Shown: positions 46,581 to 56,604 of the stretch, piece by piece
Numbering within the stretch: position 1 is the stretch's first letter
Layout of the letters: each line of letters opens with the position of its first letter
DNA from: an uncultured archaeon
GTDB lineage: Archaea > Micrarchaeota > Micrarchaeia > Micrarchaeales > CABMGC01
Length of the DNA stretch: 64,000 bases
Direction: 5' to 3'
Assembly: GCA_963787445.1 (NCBI GenBank)
Contig: CAWBCT010000005.1
Location: 128,001 to 192,000 of the forward strand
Translations under genes and position numbers: made by a program
Notes under the pieces: model-generated
Database searches by the model: none
What the model was told of the DNA's origin: nothing
What the model saw: the letters and a program-made list of their open reading frames with translations, nothing else

Positions 46581-48428
46581 ATGGAAAACAAAAGCCTACT
46601 GTTGATAGCCGCACTTGCGCTCTTCGCGCTTCTGCCTACTTCAACCTATGCCTACACAACGCGGATACATGCCCCGGCAGTCCTTCAGAACCAGGACATG
46701 GGCGCGCTGACATTGATCTCCTTAAACCTGACCCGGGGCACCGGCACGACCAGGGTGATAGGCCCCAGCTATGTTGACAACAGCACTCTGGATTCTGCGC
46801 TGACCGCAAGCAGGTACGCGGCATCCTACCTGAACGTAAACTACTCAAAGTACAACTTCACCTACGCCATAGACGGAACCGAGAACGTCTCCGGACCCAG
46901 CGCCGGACTGGCGTTCACGCTCCTTGCGGATTACGCCCTAGGCGGAAAACAGCTGTACAACAACTTCTCCATCACGGGCACGCTCTCGCAGGATGGAAGC
47001 GTGGGCCCCGTGGGCGGCGTCTATGACAAGGTCTGGGCCGCAAGCCTCGGCGGGATAAAATACTTCGTTGCCCCGGTCGTTCCGGGCGGCACAAGCGAGC
47101 AGCTCATATACTACCTGGCGCAGCAGACGTTCAACATGCCCCTGGTGGAGGTCGGGAACTTCACCGGCGCCCTGCCCTACGCGGGCGGGATCAATCCCAG
47201 GGCGATAGCGCCGGTCGTGCCAAACGTTACCCATGGCTATGACATTTCAAGAATAACGAACGCTCCGCTCAACTGCACGAACTGCGATGAGAAGTACTTC
47301 GGGGAGCTGACGAACTTCACCTTCGGGCTGGTCAACGCCTCGCTGGCCGGGATAGAGAGCAACTACAGCGGGGTCTCGAGCCAGCTTGCAGGCCAGCTTT
47401 CGGAGTACAGGAACATCTCGGCCAGGGGTTACCTTTACACCGGAGCCGACCTCGCCTTCGAGTCCTACCCCTATGCGGTGACGCTGGACAACGCCCCCGC
47501 ATTCACCAACCAGAGCACGGGAAGCACGCTCCTTAACGACGTGAACAGTTACTGCTCCCAGATCTCCGTGCCCCAGATGACCGACAGGAACTATGAGTAC
47601 ATAGTGGGGGGTGAGGTCCGCCAGGCCTTCGCCGCAGTCAACCTGCAGAACGCCTACTCCCAACTGAACGCCTCCCAATCAACGGACGACGTGATCGACT
47701 CGGTCAGCACGGCTGCCCAGTCCTACGCCTGGTGCTCTGCGGCACAGGAGATGTACACCATCGCGGGCCAGCTGGGCGGGGCCCCGGTGGTCGAGTCCAC
47801 AAACCTGCAGCTTGCTGCGTCCGGCGCATTGCAGAACGCCACCAAGTATCCTGGAATCTATCTCCAGGCCGCCCAGCTGGCCTACAACAGCAGCGAGTAC
47901 TCGGCGGCGCTCTACGCGGCGGACTATGCGCAGACCTTGCAGAATCCGACCTACCTGGGCAGCGTCACAGGCTCTGAGATCTCGTCGATAACGGCGACGG
48001 CCTACAGCTCCACCTACGGCGTTTGGCCGACCCAGTTCTCCGACTCGGCGCTCTTCTGGCTCCAGGAGGCCCAGCTGGGCGGGCCGAACGCGGTCTCGTA
48101 CCTGAACTCGGCCTACAGCCTCTCCAATCTGGCCTCCGCCCTTTCGGCGCAGAACCGGTTCATCTCCGCCAACCTCGTCCCGCAGGCGAGCGACGTGAGC
48201 TCAAACCGGTTGATACTGAACATACTCATGAACCAGTCACAGCAGATCAGCAGTCTGAAGAGCAGCCTTGAGAACACGTACAACGCGATGGCGTTCTTCG
48301 TGGTGCTGATCGTCCTTGCCTGGGCGGTCATATTCTTCCTCTTCGCGAAGGAGCTGGGGCGGCTGCGCACGGCAAAAGCAAGGGCTGCGACTCCAAGGAG
48401 AAGGGCAAAACGAAGGGCGAGGAGGTAA
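46581..48428 (+). CDS. Secreted, C-terminally anchored Lon-type (S16) Ser-Lys protease without ATPase
   Basis: Signal peptide, SGPSAG, ITGT...DGSVGPVGGVYDK, C-terminal TM plus basic tail. Confidence 0.85.
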   Translation: MENKSLLLIAALALFALLPTSTYAYTTRIHAPAVLQNQDMGALTLISLNLTRGTGTTRVIGPSYVDNSTLDSALTASRYAASYLNVNYSKYNFTYAIDGTENVSGPSAGLAFTLLADYALGGKQLYNNFSITGTLSQDGSVGPVGGVYDKVWAASLGGIKYFVAPVVPGGTSEQLIYYLAQQTFNMPLVEVGNFTGALPYAGGINPRAIAPVVPNVTHGYDISRITNAPLNCTNCDEKYFGELTNFTFGLVNASLAGIESNYSGVSSQLAGQLSEYRNISARGYLYTGADLAFESYPYAVTLDNAPAFTNQSTGSTLLNDVNSYCSQISVPQMTDRNYEYIVGGEVRQAFAAVNLQNAYSQLNASQSTDDVIDSVSTAAQSYAWCSAAQEMYTIAGQLGGAPVVESTNLQLAASGALQNATKYPGIYLQAAQLAYNSSEYSAALYAADYAQTLQNPTYLGSVTGSEISSITATAYSSTYGVWPTQFSDSALFWLQEAQLGGPNAVSYLNSAYSLSNLASALSAQNRFISANLVPQASDVSSNRLILNILMNQSQQISSLKSSLENTYNAMAFFVVLIVLAWAVIFFLFAKELGRLRTAKARAATPRRRAKRRARR

Positions 48429-48432
48429 CTGA

Positions 48433-48873
48433 ATGAGAAGCGGCGATGCTTTCTGCAGCAGGAGGGTAGTGCGCCAGAGGTACCTTCTTACAAAGCACAT
48501 GATGGTCCTCTACAATATAGCGCCGGCGCTTCCGGGGCACTCACTGGTTGTGCCGAGGCGCCATGTTGAACAGCTTACAGAGCTGAAGCCTGTGGAATCG
48601 AAGGACCTGTTTGAAACCCTTCAGAGGGTTGTGCCGGTGCTTGACAGGCTTTACGCGGGCGGGTCTAGGTCCTACGAGCTCATCGCGCAGGTCGGGCCGT
48701 ACTCGAGCAGGACCGTCCCGCACGTACATATCCATGTAATACCGCGCAGGAAGCACGATAAGTACAGCAAGGTAGGGATTGTTGGAATTTTTAGCGAAGA
48801 GCCGAAGAAGCTGAGCAGTATTGGGATCTCGAAAGAGGTGAGCAGGCTCAGGAAGGAGTTCGCCACGAAGTAA
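48433..48873 (+). CDS. HIT-family hydrolase
   Basis: PGHSLVVPRRH, TVPHVHIHVIPR. Confidence 0.9.
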   Translation: MRSGDAFCSRRVVRQRYLLTKHMMVLYNIAPALPGHSLVVPRRHVEQLTELKPVESKDLFETLQRVVPVLDRLYAGGSRSYELIAQVGPYSSRTVPHVHIHVIPRRKHDKYSKVGIVGIFSEEPKKLSSIGISKEVSRLRKEFATK

Positions 48874-49728
48874 TCAAACGGCAACGCAGAGTATGGCCAG
48901 CAGCGCCAGCCCCATGGCGGCCAGGGAGATGTTCCTCGCCCTCCTGTAGAAGGTGTGGGTGTCGGTGACCAGGTAGCCTATCACGACATAGCTGAGCATC
49001 AGGTCAGAGACAGCGATAACCGCCAGGTAGACAAGGTTCCCGGCGAAGGGCGCCACACGGAGGAAGAGGTCCACGCTTATGGTCATCGCCGCGGCGTAGG
49101 CCAGCAGGGAGATGTAGGCGGAGACCCGCACTCCCAGCAGGGAGGGCAGGGAGCGCACCTTCCTGACCTTCGTGTCACCGGCCAGGTCCCGGATGGTGCC
49201 GTGTATCTCCCGGGCGACTCCGCTCAGGAAGATCATCAGGCTGACCAGCATAAGCGGCAGGGCGATGCTGTTCGTGACCACGTAGCTTCCGTAGATGAAC
49301 GGGATCGCCATGGAGAAGGCGATGTAGGCGCTGCCCACCAGCGGGATCTCCTTCAGCCGGTAGCTGTAGAGCATGGCCAGGGTCGCAAAGACCAGGGCGA
49401 TGACGAAGCAGTTGACGTTTATCAGCAGGCTTGCGCCGACCCCTATTACCACGCAGGCGATGGTGACGTACAGCGCCTCCTGGGAGGTGAGCTCGCCGGA
49501 CACAAGGGGCGCCTTCAGCTTGTGGTTTATCCTGTCCACCTCTATGTCGAAGTAGTCGTTGATCGCGAATGCGGACATGCTGATGAAGATGGGCGTGATC
49601 AGGCTTGCGGCAAGTATGAGCGGGCTGGGGAACCCGCCGGCTATCAGCTCTGCCGCTAGCACCGCTAGGACCAACATCAGGCTGTGCTCCGCGCGGGTCA
49701 GCCTTATTACTGCAGAGACCTTTCCCAT
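48874..49728 (-). CDS. UbiA-family prenyltransferase (DGGGP synthase-like)
   Basis: NDYFDIEVDRIN..PL.SG, YS..LK, REI...IRD..GD; multiple TMs. Confidence 0.85.
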   Translation of the reverse strand: MGKVSAVIRLTRAEHSLMLVLAVLAAELIAGGFPSPLILAASLITPIFISMSAFAINDYFDIEVDRINHKLKAPLVSGELTSQEALYVTIACVVIGVGASLLINVNCFVIALVFATLAMLYSYRLKEIPLVGSAYIAFSMAIPFIYGSYVVTNSIALPLMLVSLMIFLSGVAREIHGTIRDLAGDTKVRKVRSLPSLLGVRVSAYISLLAYAAAMTISVDLFLRVAPFAGNLVYLAVIAVSDLMLSYVVIGYLVTDTHTFYRRARNISLAAMGLALLAILCVAV

Positions 49729-49774
49729 CTTACCAATAGCTCTGCTATTCAAAGATATAAAAAGGCAACACCGA

Positions 49775-50338
49775 TCAGTCGGCGCGCAGGAGTTCCATCA
49801 GCGGACGCAGGGAGATTTTCTCAAAAAAGCCCGGCTGCTTCCTGAATACGTAGAGCTGCCCGTTGGACTCGCAGGCCAGGCCGTAGCCCTTGCGCCACAC
49901 CTCCCAGTGTGCCTGGGCGGTTTTGACATAGCCCCTGCTCTCCTCTTCGTCGTCGAAAAGAAGCGCTCTGACCATCAGCGAGGCGTCGCGGGCGAGGCAG
50001 GGCGGGGAAGTGCCTGGTGATCTCCAGGTGGCTCGATGAACTTCGTCGTTGGCGGAGAGCAGGATGGTGCGGAAACGCATCTCGTTGGGTATTGTGTGCG
50101 CCGGATCAGAGATTCCGTCAGGCGCGGCAGCTCGGGCCGCGCTCCAGGCACGCTCCTCGGCCTCTGCCCAGGTGGGCGCGGTAAAGACCAGCCAGGAGGG
50201 ATCAGGACGTCCGTCTGGTTCAAGAAACTTGACTGTTTTTATGGTTTTCATGAATGAGTAGGCAAGGCGCTCGGCTCGCTCCGAAGTCTGGATTTTGGTT
50301 GCCTCAGCTCGAGGCGGCACTTTTTGATTGACTGACAT
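49775..50338 (-). CDS. Hypothetical protein (Ala/Trp-rich)
   Basis: GGTGA-4nt-ATG; AWSAARAAA and WEVWRKGYGLACESNGQLYV segments. Confidence 0.7.
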   Translation of the reverse strand: MSVNQKVPPRAEATKIQTSERAERLAYSFMKTIKTVKFLEPDGRPDPSWLVFTAPTWAEAEERAWSAARAAAPDGISDPAHTIPNEMRFRTILLSANDEVHRATWRSPGTSPPCLARDASLMVRALLFDDEEESRGYVKTAQAHWEVWRKGYGLACESNGQLYVFRKQPGFFEKISLRPLMELLRAD

Positions 50339-50653
50339 TTAGTCACCGGACGCTCTGCTTACTTGTGTGGATTTTAGATATATAAGCGTGCCGTGTAAAC
50401 TCCGTGCTTCACGCTGATTGATTAGGATAAAAGAAGGGTCCAAAGAGCAACAAGGTGCTCTTAAAGAGTGAAAATAGTTTGAAATCTCAAAATGAATCTG
50501 ACTAAAAGTCTTTTATAAAAATTTTAGATTTACTACTTTGTTGCTTTAGGATAAGCTGTAATTACTGGAACTTATCTGTTACTCCTTCTTCACATTATAC
50601 TACGTAGTACAGATATAAATGTCTTTTGTTCACTAATTTTTTCCCGTAAAAGA

Positions 50654-51028
50654 TTAGTTGTGGTCGTGCTCCTTCAGGTTCTTCATCATCCTCTTGAACT
50701 GGGCCTCGTTTATCTCTCCTCTGGCGTATCTTCTCCTGATAATTCGGAGATCCTTCCTGCCGCCATGTCCGAACATGCGGAAGGGTATTCTCACGATCCA
50801 AAGGATGAGCCAAAATACAACAAGGAATGTTATGACGCCTACAATGACCCCCAAGGGCGAGTAGGTCCATGCGGCCAGCCCGAAAGCCACGCCCATCGCA
50901 GTCCGAACTAGCCAAAAAACTAGCGCCAGGACAACTATGAAAACTAGTATGCCTGCAAGCACCTTGCCCACATTGCAAAAGCAGAAGGAACCGTGGTCGC
51001 ATCCCTCGCATCCATCTTTAACCGCCAT
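50654..51028 (-). CDS. 2-TM membrane protein with C-terminal SHOCT domain
   Basis: IIRRRYARGEINEAQF.RM. Confidence 0.8.
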   Translation of the reverse strand: MAVKDGCEGCDHGSFCFCNVGKVLAGILVFIVVLALVFWLVRTAMGVAFGLAAWTYSPLGVIVGVITFLVVFWLILWIVRIPFRMFGHGGRKDLRIIRRRYARGEINEAQFKRMMKNLKEHDHN

Positions 51029-51142
51029 GAGCTTACCTTGGATAAACATCAACTGAAAGAAATATATAGATGGGCCAATTAAACTGCCGAGCCATGGCAA
51101 AGCTTAATTAATTTAGAGAGCCAGATATTAGCAGGGTATAGA

Positions 51143-51445
51143 ATGGCCAAAATTACGACGGAGGACGTCACAAAAGCGCTCAAAGGGACTGTCGACCCGG
51201 AGATCGGGCTCAACATAGTCGACCTCGGCCTGATCTACAATGTCAACGTGGATGAGAAGAACGACGTGGACCTGAAGATGACGATGACGAGCCCCATGTG
51301 TCCGGTCACGACGATAATACTTGCGGACGTCCAGCTGCGTTTAGAACAGATAAAAGAGATTGGTAAAGTAAACGTTGACCTGGTCTGGGACCCGGCCTGG
51401 ACTCCTGAAATGATAACGGAGGAGGCAAGGCTAGGCCTGCAGTGA
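51143..51445 (+). CDS. SufT/PaaD-like (DUF59) Fe-S assembly factor
   Basis: VDPEIGLNIVDLGLIY, TMTSPMCP, WDPAWTPEM. Confidence 0.92.
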   Translation: MAKITTEDVTKALKGTVDPEIGLNIVDLGLIYNVNVDEKNDVDLKMTMTSPMCPVTTIILADVQLRLEQIKEIGKVNVDLVWDPAWTPEMITEEARLGLQ

Positions 51446-51446
51446 A

Positions 51447-52010
51447 TCAGTAGAGAAACGCTTCGTCAGCCCTCCTGTAGCTCACTATCTCCTTCTCGCT
51501 GAACCAGATCTTTATCTCGCGTTCGGCAGCCTCCTTGTTTTCCGATACGTGGACCAGGTTTAGTATGGGCCTCTTTGCGGCATCGGCTGCAGGGTAGGTG
51601 TCCGGAGAGAACATGCCGCGAATGGTCGAAGGGTCGGCCTTCCTCGGCTCGGTGGCGCCCGCGATCTTCCGGCCTATGTCGTTTGCGGCGTTTCCTTCGA
51701 GGACCAGGGCTATCACCGGCTTGCCGGCGAGGTGCTTTATGAGCGCGGCGCGGATCCGCTCCCCTATCTGGATGGGCGTCTCGCTCATCTTTATCCCCTT
51801 CTCCAGGTTCGTCGCCTTGGTCTTTGTGCCGAGGGCGACCATCCACTGCTTGTCGTCAGCGTAGTGGTTGCCGGCGAGCTCGGAGGTCACCCTGACCAGC
51901 TTCATCGCGGTCACCTTGAGCCCCACCTCCTCAAACTTGGTTATTATGCGGCCTGTAAGCGCGCGCTGAAGGCCCTCGGGCTTTATCAATACCAGTGCTC
52001 TTTCTGCCAT
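51447..52010 (-). CDS. ndk: Nucleoside diphosphate kinase
   Basis: ERALVLIKPEG, GATEP..A.P.TIRG, NLVHVS. Confidence 0.92.
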   Translation of the reverse strand: MAERALVLIKPEGLQRALTGRIITKFEEVGLKVTAMKLVRVTSELAGNHYADDKQWMVALGTKTKATNLEKGIKMSETPIQIGERIRAALIKHLAGKPVIALVLEGNAANDIGRKIAGATEPRKADPSTIRGMFSPDTYPAADAAKRPILNLVHVSENKEAAEREIKIWFSEKEIVSYRRADEAFLY

Positions 52011-52086
52011 GCTCTCACGTCAATAGGATGAGCATATTTAAACCTTAAACCCTTATATATTTTTGTTTTAGCCATGGTGAAGCCCT

Positions 52087-53847
52087 ATGATACGCCAACC
52101 GATAATCGTAGTGATGGGTCACGTAGACCATGGCAAAACGAGCCTTCTTGACCGAATACGCAACACCACCATGGCCGCCAAGGAGGCGGGAGGGATAACC
52201 CAGCACATAGGCGCCAGCGAGGTCCCCCTCGACGTCATAAAGAAGACCTGCGGCGACCTGCTCACCAAGCTCAACATCAACATCACGATCCCGGGCCTTC
52301 TCTTCATAGACACGCCGGGCCACGAGGCCTTCACCAATCTAAGGAAGAGGGGCGGCTCGGTGGCCGACCTGGCCATCCTGGTGGTCGACGTCACCAAGAG
52401 CTTCGAGCCCCAGACCTACGAGGCCATAGAGATCCTCAAGGAGTACAAGACCCCTTTCATAATCGCGGCGAACAAGATAGACCTCATCACCGGCTGGAGG
52501 CCCTCCGGCGGCTCGAGCTTCCTTGACGCCATAGCCAAGCAGAACAAGAACGTCCAGGAGGTGCTCGAGTCGAAGATCTACGAACTGGTGGGCAAGCTGA
52601 GCGAGCTCGGCTTCAACGCCGAGCGGTTCGACCGGGTCAAGGACTTCAAGACCGAGCTCCTCATAGCACCCATAAGCGCGAAGACCGGGGAGGGCATCGC
52701 GGAGCTGCTGATCTATGCTGCGGGGCTGTCCCAGCGCTTCCTGGAGATGCGGCTGAACATAGAGGTAAAGGGACCGGGCATCGGCGGGATACTCGAGCGG
52801 AAGGAGGAGAAGGGGTTGGGCTCCACCATAGACGTCATAGTTTACAACGGGACCCTGAAGGTGAACGATACCATAGCTTTCGCGACCGTGGCAGGCATAG
52901 GCACTGCCAAGATAAAGGCGCTGCTGAAGCCGAAGCCGATGCAGGAGCTGAGGGAGTCCTCAAGCAAGTTCTACTACGTGGACTCGGTGAGCGCTGCCTC
53001 GGGAGTAAAGATAAGCGGGAGCGGGCTCGAGGAAGCGCTTCCGGGCTCTCTTGTAATCTCAACAGAGATGCCAAACTACGAGAACGAGATAAAATCTGAG
53101 ATTAGGGAGGTCTTTGAGGTGGATAAGTCCGGCCTGATACTCAAGGCGGACTCGATAGGAGGGATAGAGGCCCTCTCCAAGCTGCTCAAGGCGATAAATG
53201 TCAACATAGGTAAGAAGGGGATAGGCAGGATAACCAAGCGCGACATCATGGACGCGTTCGCGATGCGCGCGATAGACCCCTACAGCGCGGTGGTGATGGG
53301 CTTCAACGTGCAGATAGAGGAGGAGGCGGTGAGCGAGGCCTACGCGACGGGCGTCAAGATAATCAAGGGCAACATAATCTACAGCATGATAAAGGAGTAC
53401 GAGGAGTGGATGGCAGAGGAGAAGAAGCGCAGCAAGAGCATGCTCGAGAAGGCGCTCGTCTTTCCGGGCATGATTTACGTGCTGCCGGACCACTGCTTCC
53501 GGGTCTCCCATCCCGCAATCTTCGGCGTGGACGTTAAGAAGGGCAGGATAAAGCCCGGGGTTCAGCTGATGAACAAGGAGGGCGAGATAGTGGGCAGGCT
53601 CAAGGAGGTCCAGAACAACAGCAAGAGCGTCCAGGAGGCCAAGGCGGGCGACAGCGTGGCAGTTTCGGTGGATGGCGCGATCTACGGCCGCCAGATAAAC
53701 GAGAAGGATGAGCTCTATGTCTTCCTGAACGACGACGATGTGAGGGCGTTGAGGTACAAGTTTGCCGAGCTTCTTTCCGAGGACGAGCTGGGGGTCCTTG
53801 ACACGATAGCGCAGATAAAGGCGAAGAGGAAGGATAATCTCTCCTAA
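52087..53847 (+). CDS. infB: Translation initiation factor aIF5B (IF-2)
   Basis: IRQPII..GHVDHGKT, EAGGITQHIGA, DTPGHEAF, NKID; no intein. Confidence 0.97.
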   Translation: MIRQPIIVVMGHVDHGKTSLLDRIRNTTMAAKEAGGITQHIGASEVPLDVIKKTCGDLLTKLNINITIPGLLFIDTPGHEAFTNLRKRGGSVADLAILVVDVTKSFEPQTYEAIEILKEYKTPFIIAANKIDLITGWRPSGGSSFLDAIAKQNKNVQEVLESKIYELVGKLSELGFNAERFDRVKDFKTELLIAPISAKTGEGIAELLIYAAGLSQRFLEMRLNIEVKGPGIGGILERKEEKGLGSTIDVIVYNGTLKVNDTIAFATVAGIGTAKIKALLKPKPMQELRESSSKFYYVDSVSAASGVKISGSGLEEALPGSLVISTEMPNYENEIKSEIREVFEVDKSGLILKADSIGGIEALSKLLKAINVNIGKKGIGRITKRDIMDAFAMRAIDPYSAVVMGFNVQIEEEAVSEAYATGVKIIKGNIIYSMIKEYEEWMAEEKKRSKSMLEKALVFPGMIYVLPDHCFRVSHPAIFGVDVKKGRIKPGVQLMNKEGEIVGRLKEVQNNSKSVQEAKAGDSVAVSVDGAIYGRQINEKDELYVFLNDDDVRALRYKFAELLSEDELGVLDTIAQIKAKRKDNLS

Positions 53848-53893
53848 TCAGATGATCCCCTCAGCGGCCATATATATCTGAAAAGGCATAATC

Positions 53894-54577
53894 ATGGTTA
53901 TGGCATTTAAAGTTGATGGAACAGTTGAGACCAGCATCACAAGGGAGAGCATAGCTCTGGCAAGGAGAAACAGAGATCATCCGGTTATCGAGACGATGGA
54001 CCAGATGGGCACGCCCTATTGGAACATTTTAAGGGAGAGCCTTAGGAGCAGAACTAACCCAAAAGAAAAGCATGAAATACGGTGGAGGGCCATGGTGCCT
54101 TTCGCAGAGGCGCTGAGAGGAAGAGAGTTCACGCTTGGGCCGCTTGAAATCGTGTCCATCTGGTCTAAGGCCATGAAAACCTTTCAGGGCAATTCCTTGC
54201 CAAATGAATCAGTCAGTTTAAGACATTCCCTGGCCAGCGCCATTGTGTGGAGCTATGTGGAAGATGGGATGCCACAGGACTGGAGATCCTTATTCAAGAG
54301 GCTGAGGGAGAGAGAGGGGCTGAGTTACCTAAGATCGCTTGTGGAACAGGGCGGAAGTGATGCGGAAAGGTTCTTCGCGAGGCGAAACGAGATAGAGGCG
54401 AGCATTGGGGCTTTGAAGGCCTATGCGGACAAGCCAAGGACTAATAACAGGTTTATCTTCGGGGTCTTGGAGAACTGGAATAACGGGATGGTCGAGATGA
54501 GCCTAATCGCCCCTCCTGCAAAGATAAACGAAAATTCTACTCAACAACAGACCTCTCCAGCAGTCGTATATATCTGA
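53894..54577 (+). CDS. Hypothetical protein, tandem paralog A
   Basis: Shares G.P.WN.L..SLR and P.AEAL.G..F.LGPLE.VSIW and QDW..L with the next gene. Confidence 0.75.
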   Translation: MVMAFKVDGTVETSITRESIALARRNRDHPVIETMDQMGTPYWNILRESLRSRTNPKEKHEIRWRAMVPFAEALRGREFTLGPLEIVSIWSKAMKTFQGNSLPNESVSLRHSLASAIVWSYVEDGMPQDWRSLFKRLREREGLSYLRSLVEQGGSDAERFFARRNEIEASIGALKAYADKPRTNNRFIFGVLENWNNGMVEMSLIAPPAKINENSTQQQTSPAVVYI

Positions 54578-54592
54578 AAAGCGTAATTAGTA

Positions 54593-55270
54593 GTGAACAA
54601 AATGGATAATAATACACGTACAGCTCCAGCCAAGGAACCGTACAAACCCCTGACCAGGGCACAGGTAGAGAACGCCAAGAGGGACAGAAGCCATGTTGCC
54701 ATCACGGAGCTTGACCGGATCGGGCAGCCGCACTGGAACTCACTTGTTGACTCGTTGAGAGGTGCGGAAGACAACCGAGGCGGACAGATGCTTATAGAGA
54801 AGGCGTTCATCCCGCTGGCAGAGGCGCTTGAGGGAAAGCAGTTTTCATTGGGACCCCTTGAGTTTGTCTCCATATGGGTCAGGATGGACGAGCTACTGCC
54901 GTTAAATACAGATGTTAAGACTAGGGACGGGCTTGACGTGGGCCACCTTACGAACTTCACCTGCAGGTACGGGCTGGCGCAGAGCATATTGTGCCCCTAT
55001 GCCACGTTGACCATAGAATCCCAGGATTGGAAGCATCTCTACAAGAATTTTGTTGAAAGCCAAAAGGGAACCATGTATTTGCAGGATGTTGCAATCAAGA
55101 ATAGGGATGGTGCTCTTGTTTTCAGACAGCGCTTTGCTGAGATACGCAAAAACGTTGGCATGATTTCCAACTATGAGCACGAAGTGGAGTTTGACGCCAC
55201 GGTCAACAGGGTGGGCGAGAGCCTGGGAAACACCATGGTCTTTGACTCGATTGTCGAGCTTACTTTGTAG
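54593..55270 (+). CDS. Hypothetical protein, tandem paralog B
   Basis: Same shared blocks as paralog A; duplicated upstream TATATATCTGAAAA. Confidence 0.75.
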   Translation: MNKMDNNTRTAPAKEPYKPLTRAQVENAKRDRSHVAITELDRIGQPHWNSLVDSLRGAEDNRGGQMLIEKAFIPLAEALEGKQFSLGPLEFVSIWVRMDELLPLNTDVKTRDGLDVGHLTNFTCRYGLAQSILCPYATLTIESQDWKHLYKNFVESQKGTMYLQDVAIKNRDGALVFRQRFAEIRKNVGMISNYEHEVEFDATVNRVGESLGNTMVFDSIVELTL

Positions 55271-56429
55271 CGCTGACTATCTTTACGACATCGTTGTCCT
55301 TCAGCACCTGCTCCTTTGACATCCGGTTCTTGCTCCTTGCATCAACAGCGTAGAGCATGTGGTCCGCTATGTCGGTGTGGACGGAGCGCGCAAGGTCGAG
55401 GGCCGTAGAACCCTTGGTGAGTAGCAGGGCATCGGGCAGCACGTTTCCGTTTCCGTCCGTGTACTTGTGCTCATTTTCCACAGGGTAGACGACGATCTTG
55501 TTTGCCACGGTGAAGACCGCGGCGTTGACCAGCTCCTGGATCCCTGTGCCGTTCCTGCTTTCAACGTATTTCTTCATGTAATTTATCGCGGACTCCTGCT
55601 CCCGGGACAGTTTGCCCTTTATGGATAGCGTGTTGTCTCCGCTCTGATACTGAATCATGCCAGAATGCGCAGCCTTCCTCAACGCAAGATCAATCGCGCC
55701 CGAGCAGTCTACAACCACGTGGCCTTCAAGCTTATTCCGCAGCTCATCAAGCCTCTTTTTGTCGCAGAGGTCTGCCTTGTTCGCCGCGATTATCAGCGGC
55801 TTGTTGACTTTCAAAAAGGCATAGGCGAAGCGCAGCGTTGAAGAGGCGTCCCAGGCGATGGCAGCCAGGGACAGCTGCTCGGCGTCCGCCGACGACTTTA
55901 TCTGCTCGGGGGTTGCGTTGAAGCTTGAGAGAATCTCCTTGAGTGCAGTAATGCCGTCGCTTCTCTTGCGCAGCGTGGGGATATGGCGCTGGATTATCGC
56001 GGAAAGCCACTGGGCCATCTCGTCCCTGACCATCCTGACCTCTTCAGCAGGATCCTCGGACTGGGCAGGATTCCCGTTGATGTCGGTCTTGCCGCTCGCG
56101 TCTATGACCTGGATAAGCACGTCGGCGGCGACGAGGTCGTTGAGGAACTGGCTGCCCATCCCCTTCCCGAGATTTGCGCCGGGAACCAGGCCTGCGATGT
56201 CAACAAGACGCACCGGGAGCTGCCTTACGCCGTTCAGGCACAGCCCGTCGCGCGGCTTGCACCTGACCTTGAGCTCGGTCTCGACACAAACCCTGGTGGC
56301 GTAGGTGATGCCATGGTTCGGCTTTATGGTCGTGAAGGGGTAGTCCGCAATCGGGACGTCCAGAAGTGTCAGCGCGGAGAAGATGGTGCTCTTGCCCTTG
56401 TTTGGCGCGCCGACTAGGCCTATCAGCAT
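55260..56429 (-). CDS. ychF: Obg-family YchF-like GTPase/ATPase with TGS domain
   Basis: GAPNKGKST, YPFTTI.PN, DIAGLVPGA, NKAD, TALDLA..VHTDI. Confidence 0.9.
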   Translation of the reverse strand: MLIGLVGAPNKGKSTIFSALTLLDVPIADYPFTTIKPNHGITYATRVCVETELKVRCKPRDGLCLNGVRQLPVRLVDIAGLVPGANLGKGMGSQFLNDLVAADVLIQVIDASGKTDINGNPAQSEDPAEEVRMVRDEMAQWLSAIIQRHIPTLRKRSDGITALKEILSSFNATPEQIKSSADAEQLSLAAIAWDASSTLRFAYAFLKVNKPLIIAANKADLCDKKRLDELRNKLEGHVVVDCSGAIDLALRKAAHSGMIQYQSGDNTLSIKGKLSREQESAINYMKKYVESRNGTGIQELVNAAVFTVANKIVVYPVENEHKYTDGNGNVLPDALLLTKGSTALDLARSVHTDIADHMLYAVDARSKNRMSKEQVLKDNDVVKIVSATK

Positions 56430-56495
56430 TTATACACAAGTAAGATAGCCCGTGTGCGTAATAAATATCTTTCTGGTGAATATTCCTACTACAAT

Positions 56496-56581
56496 GCAGG
56501 GGTGGCAGAGCTTGGCCAAATGCGACAGGTTCAGGGCTTGTTTCCTTTGTGGATACGTGAGTTCAAATCTCACCCCCTGCA
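56496..56581 (+). tRNA. tRNA-Leu(CAG), CCA not encoded
   Basis: GCAGGGG/CCCCTGC acceptor stem, ACAGG-TTCAGGG-CTTGT anticodon arm, long variable arm, GTTCAAATC. Confidence 0.93.
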
Positions 56582-56604
56582 CTCATCAGAAGTAAACTTA
56601 CTGC

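Noticed and set aside
50390-50650. AT-rich spacer with GTTCCAG and hairpin AAGAGCA/TGCTCTT as a possible replication origin
   Set aside because: Only a partial ORB-like word, no repeats, and no cdc6/orc1 nearby.
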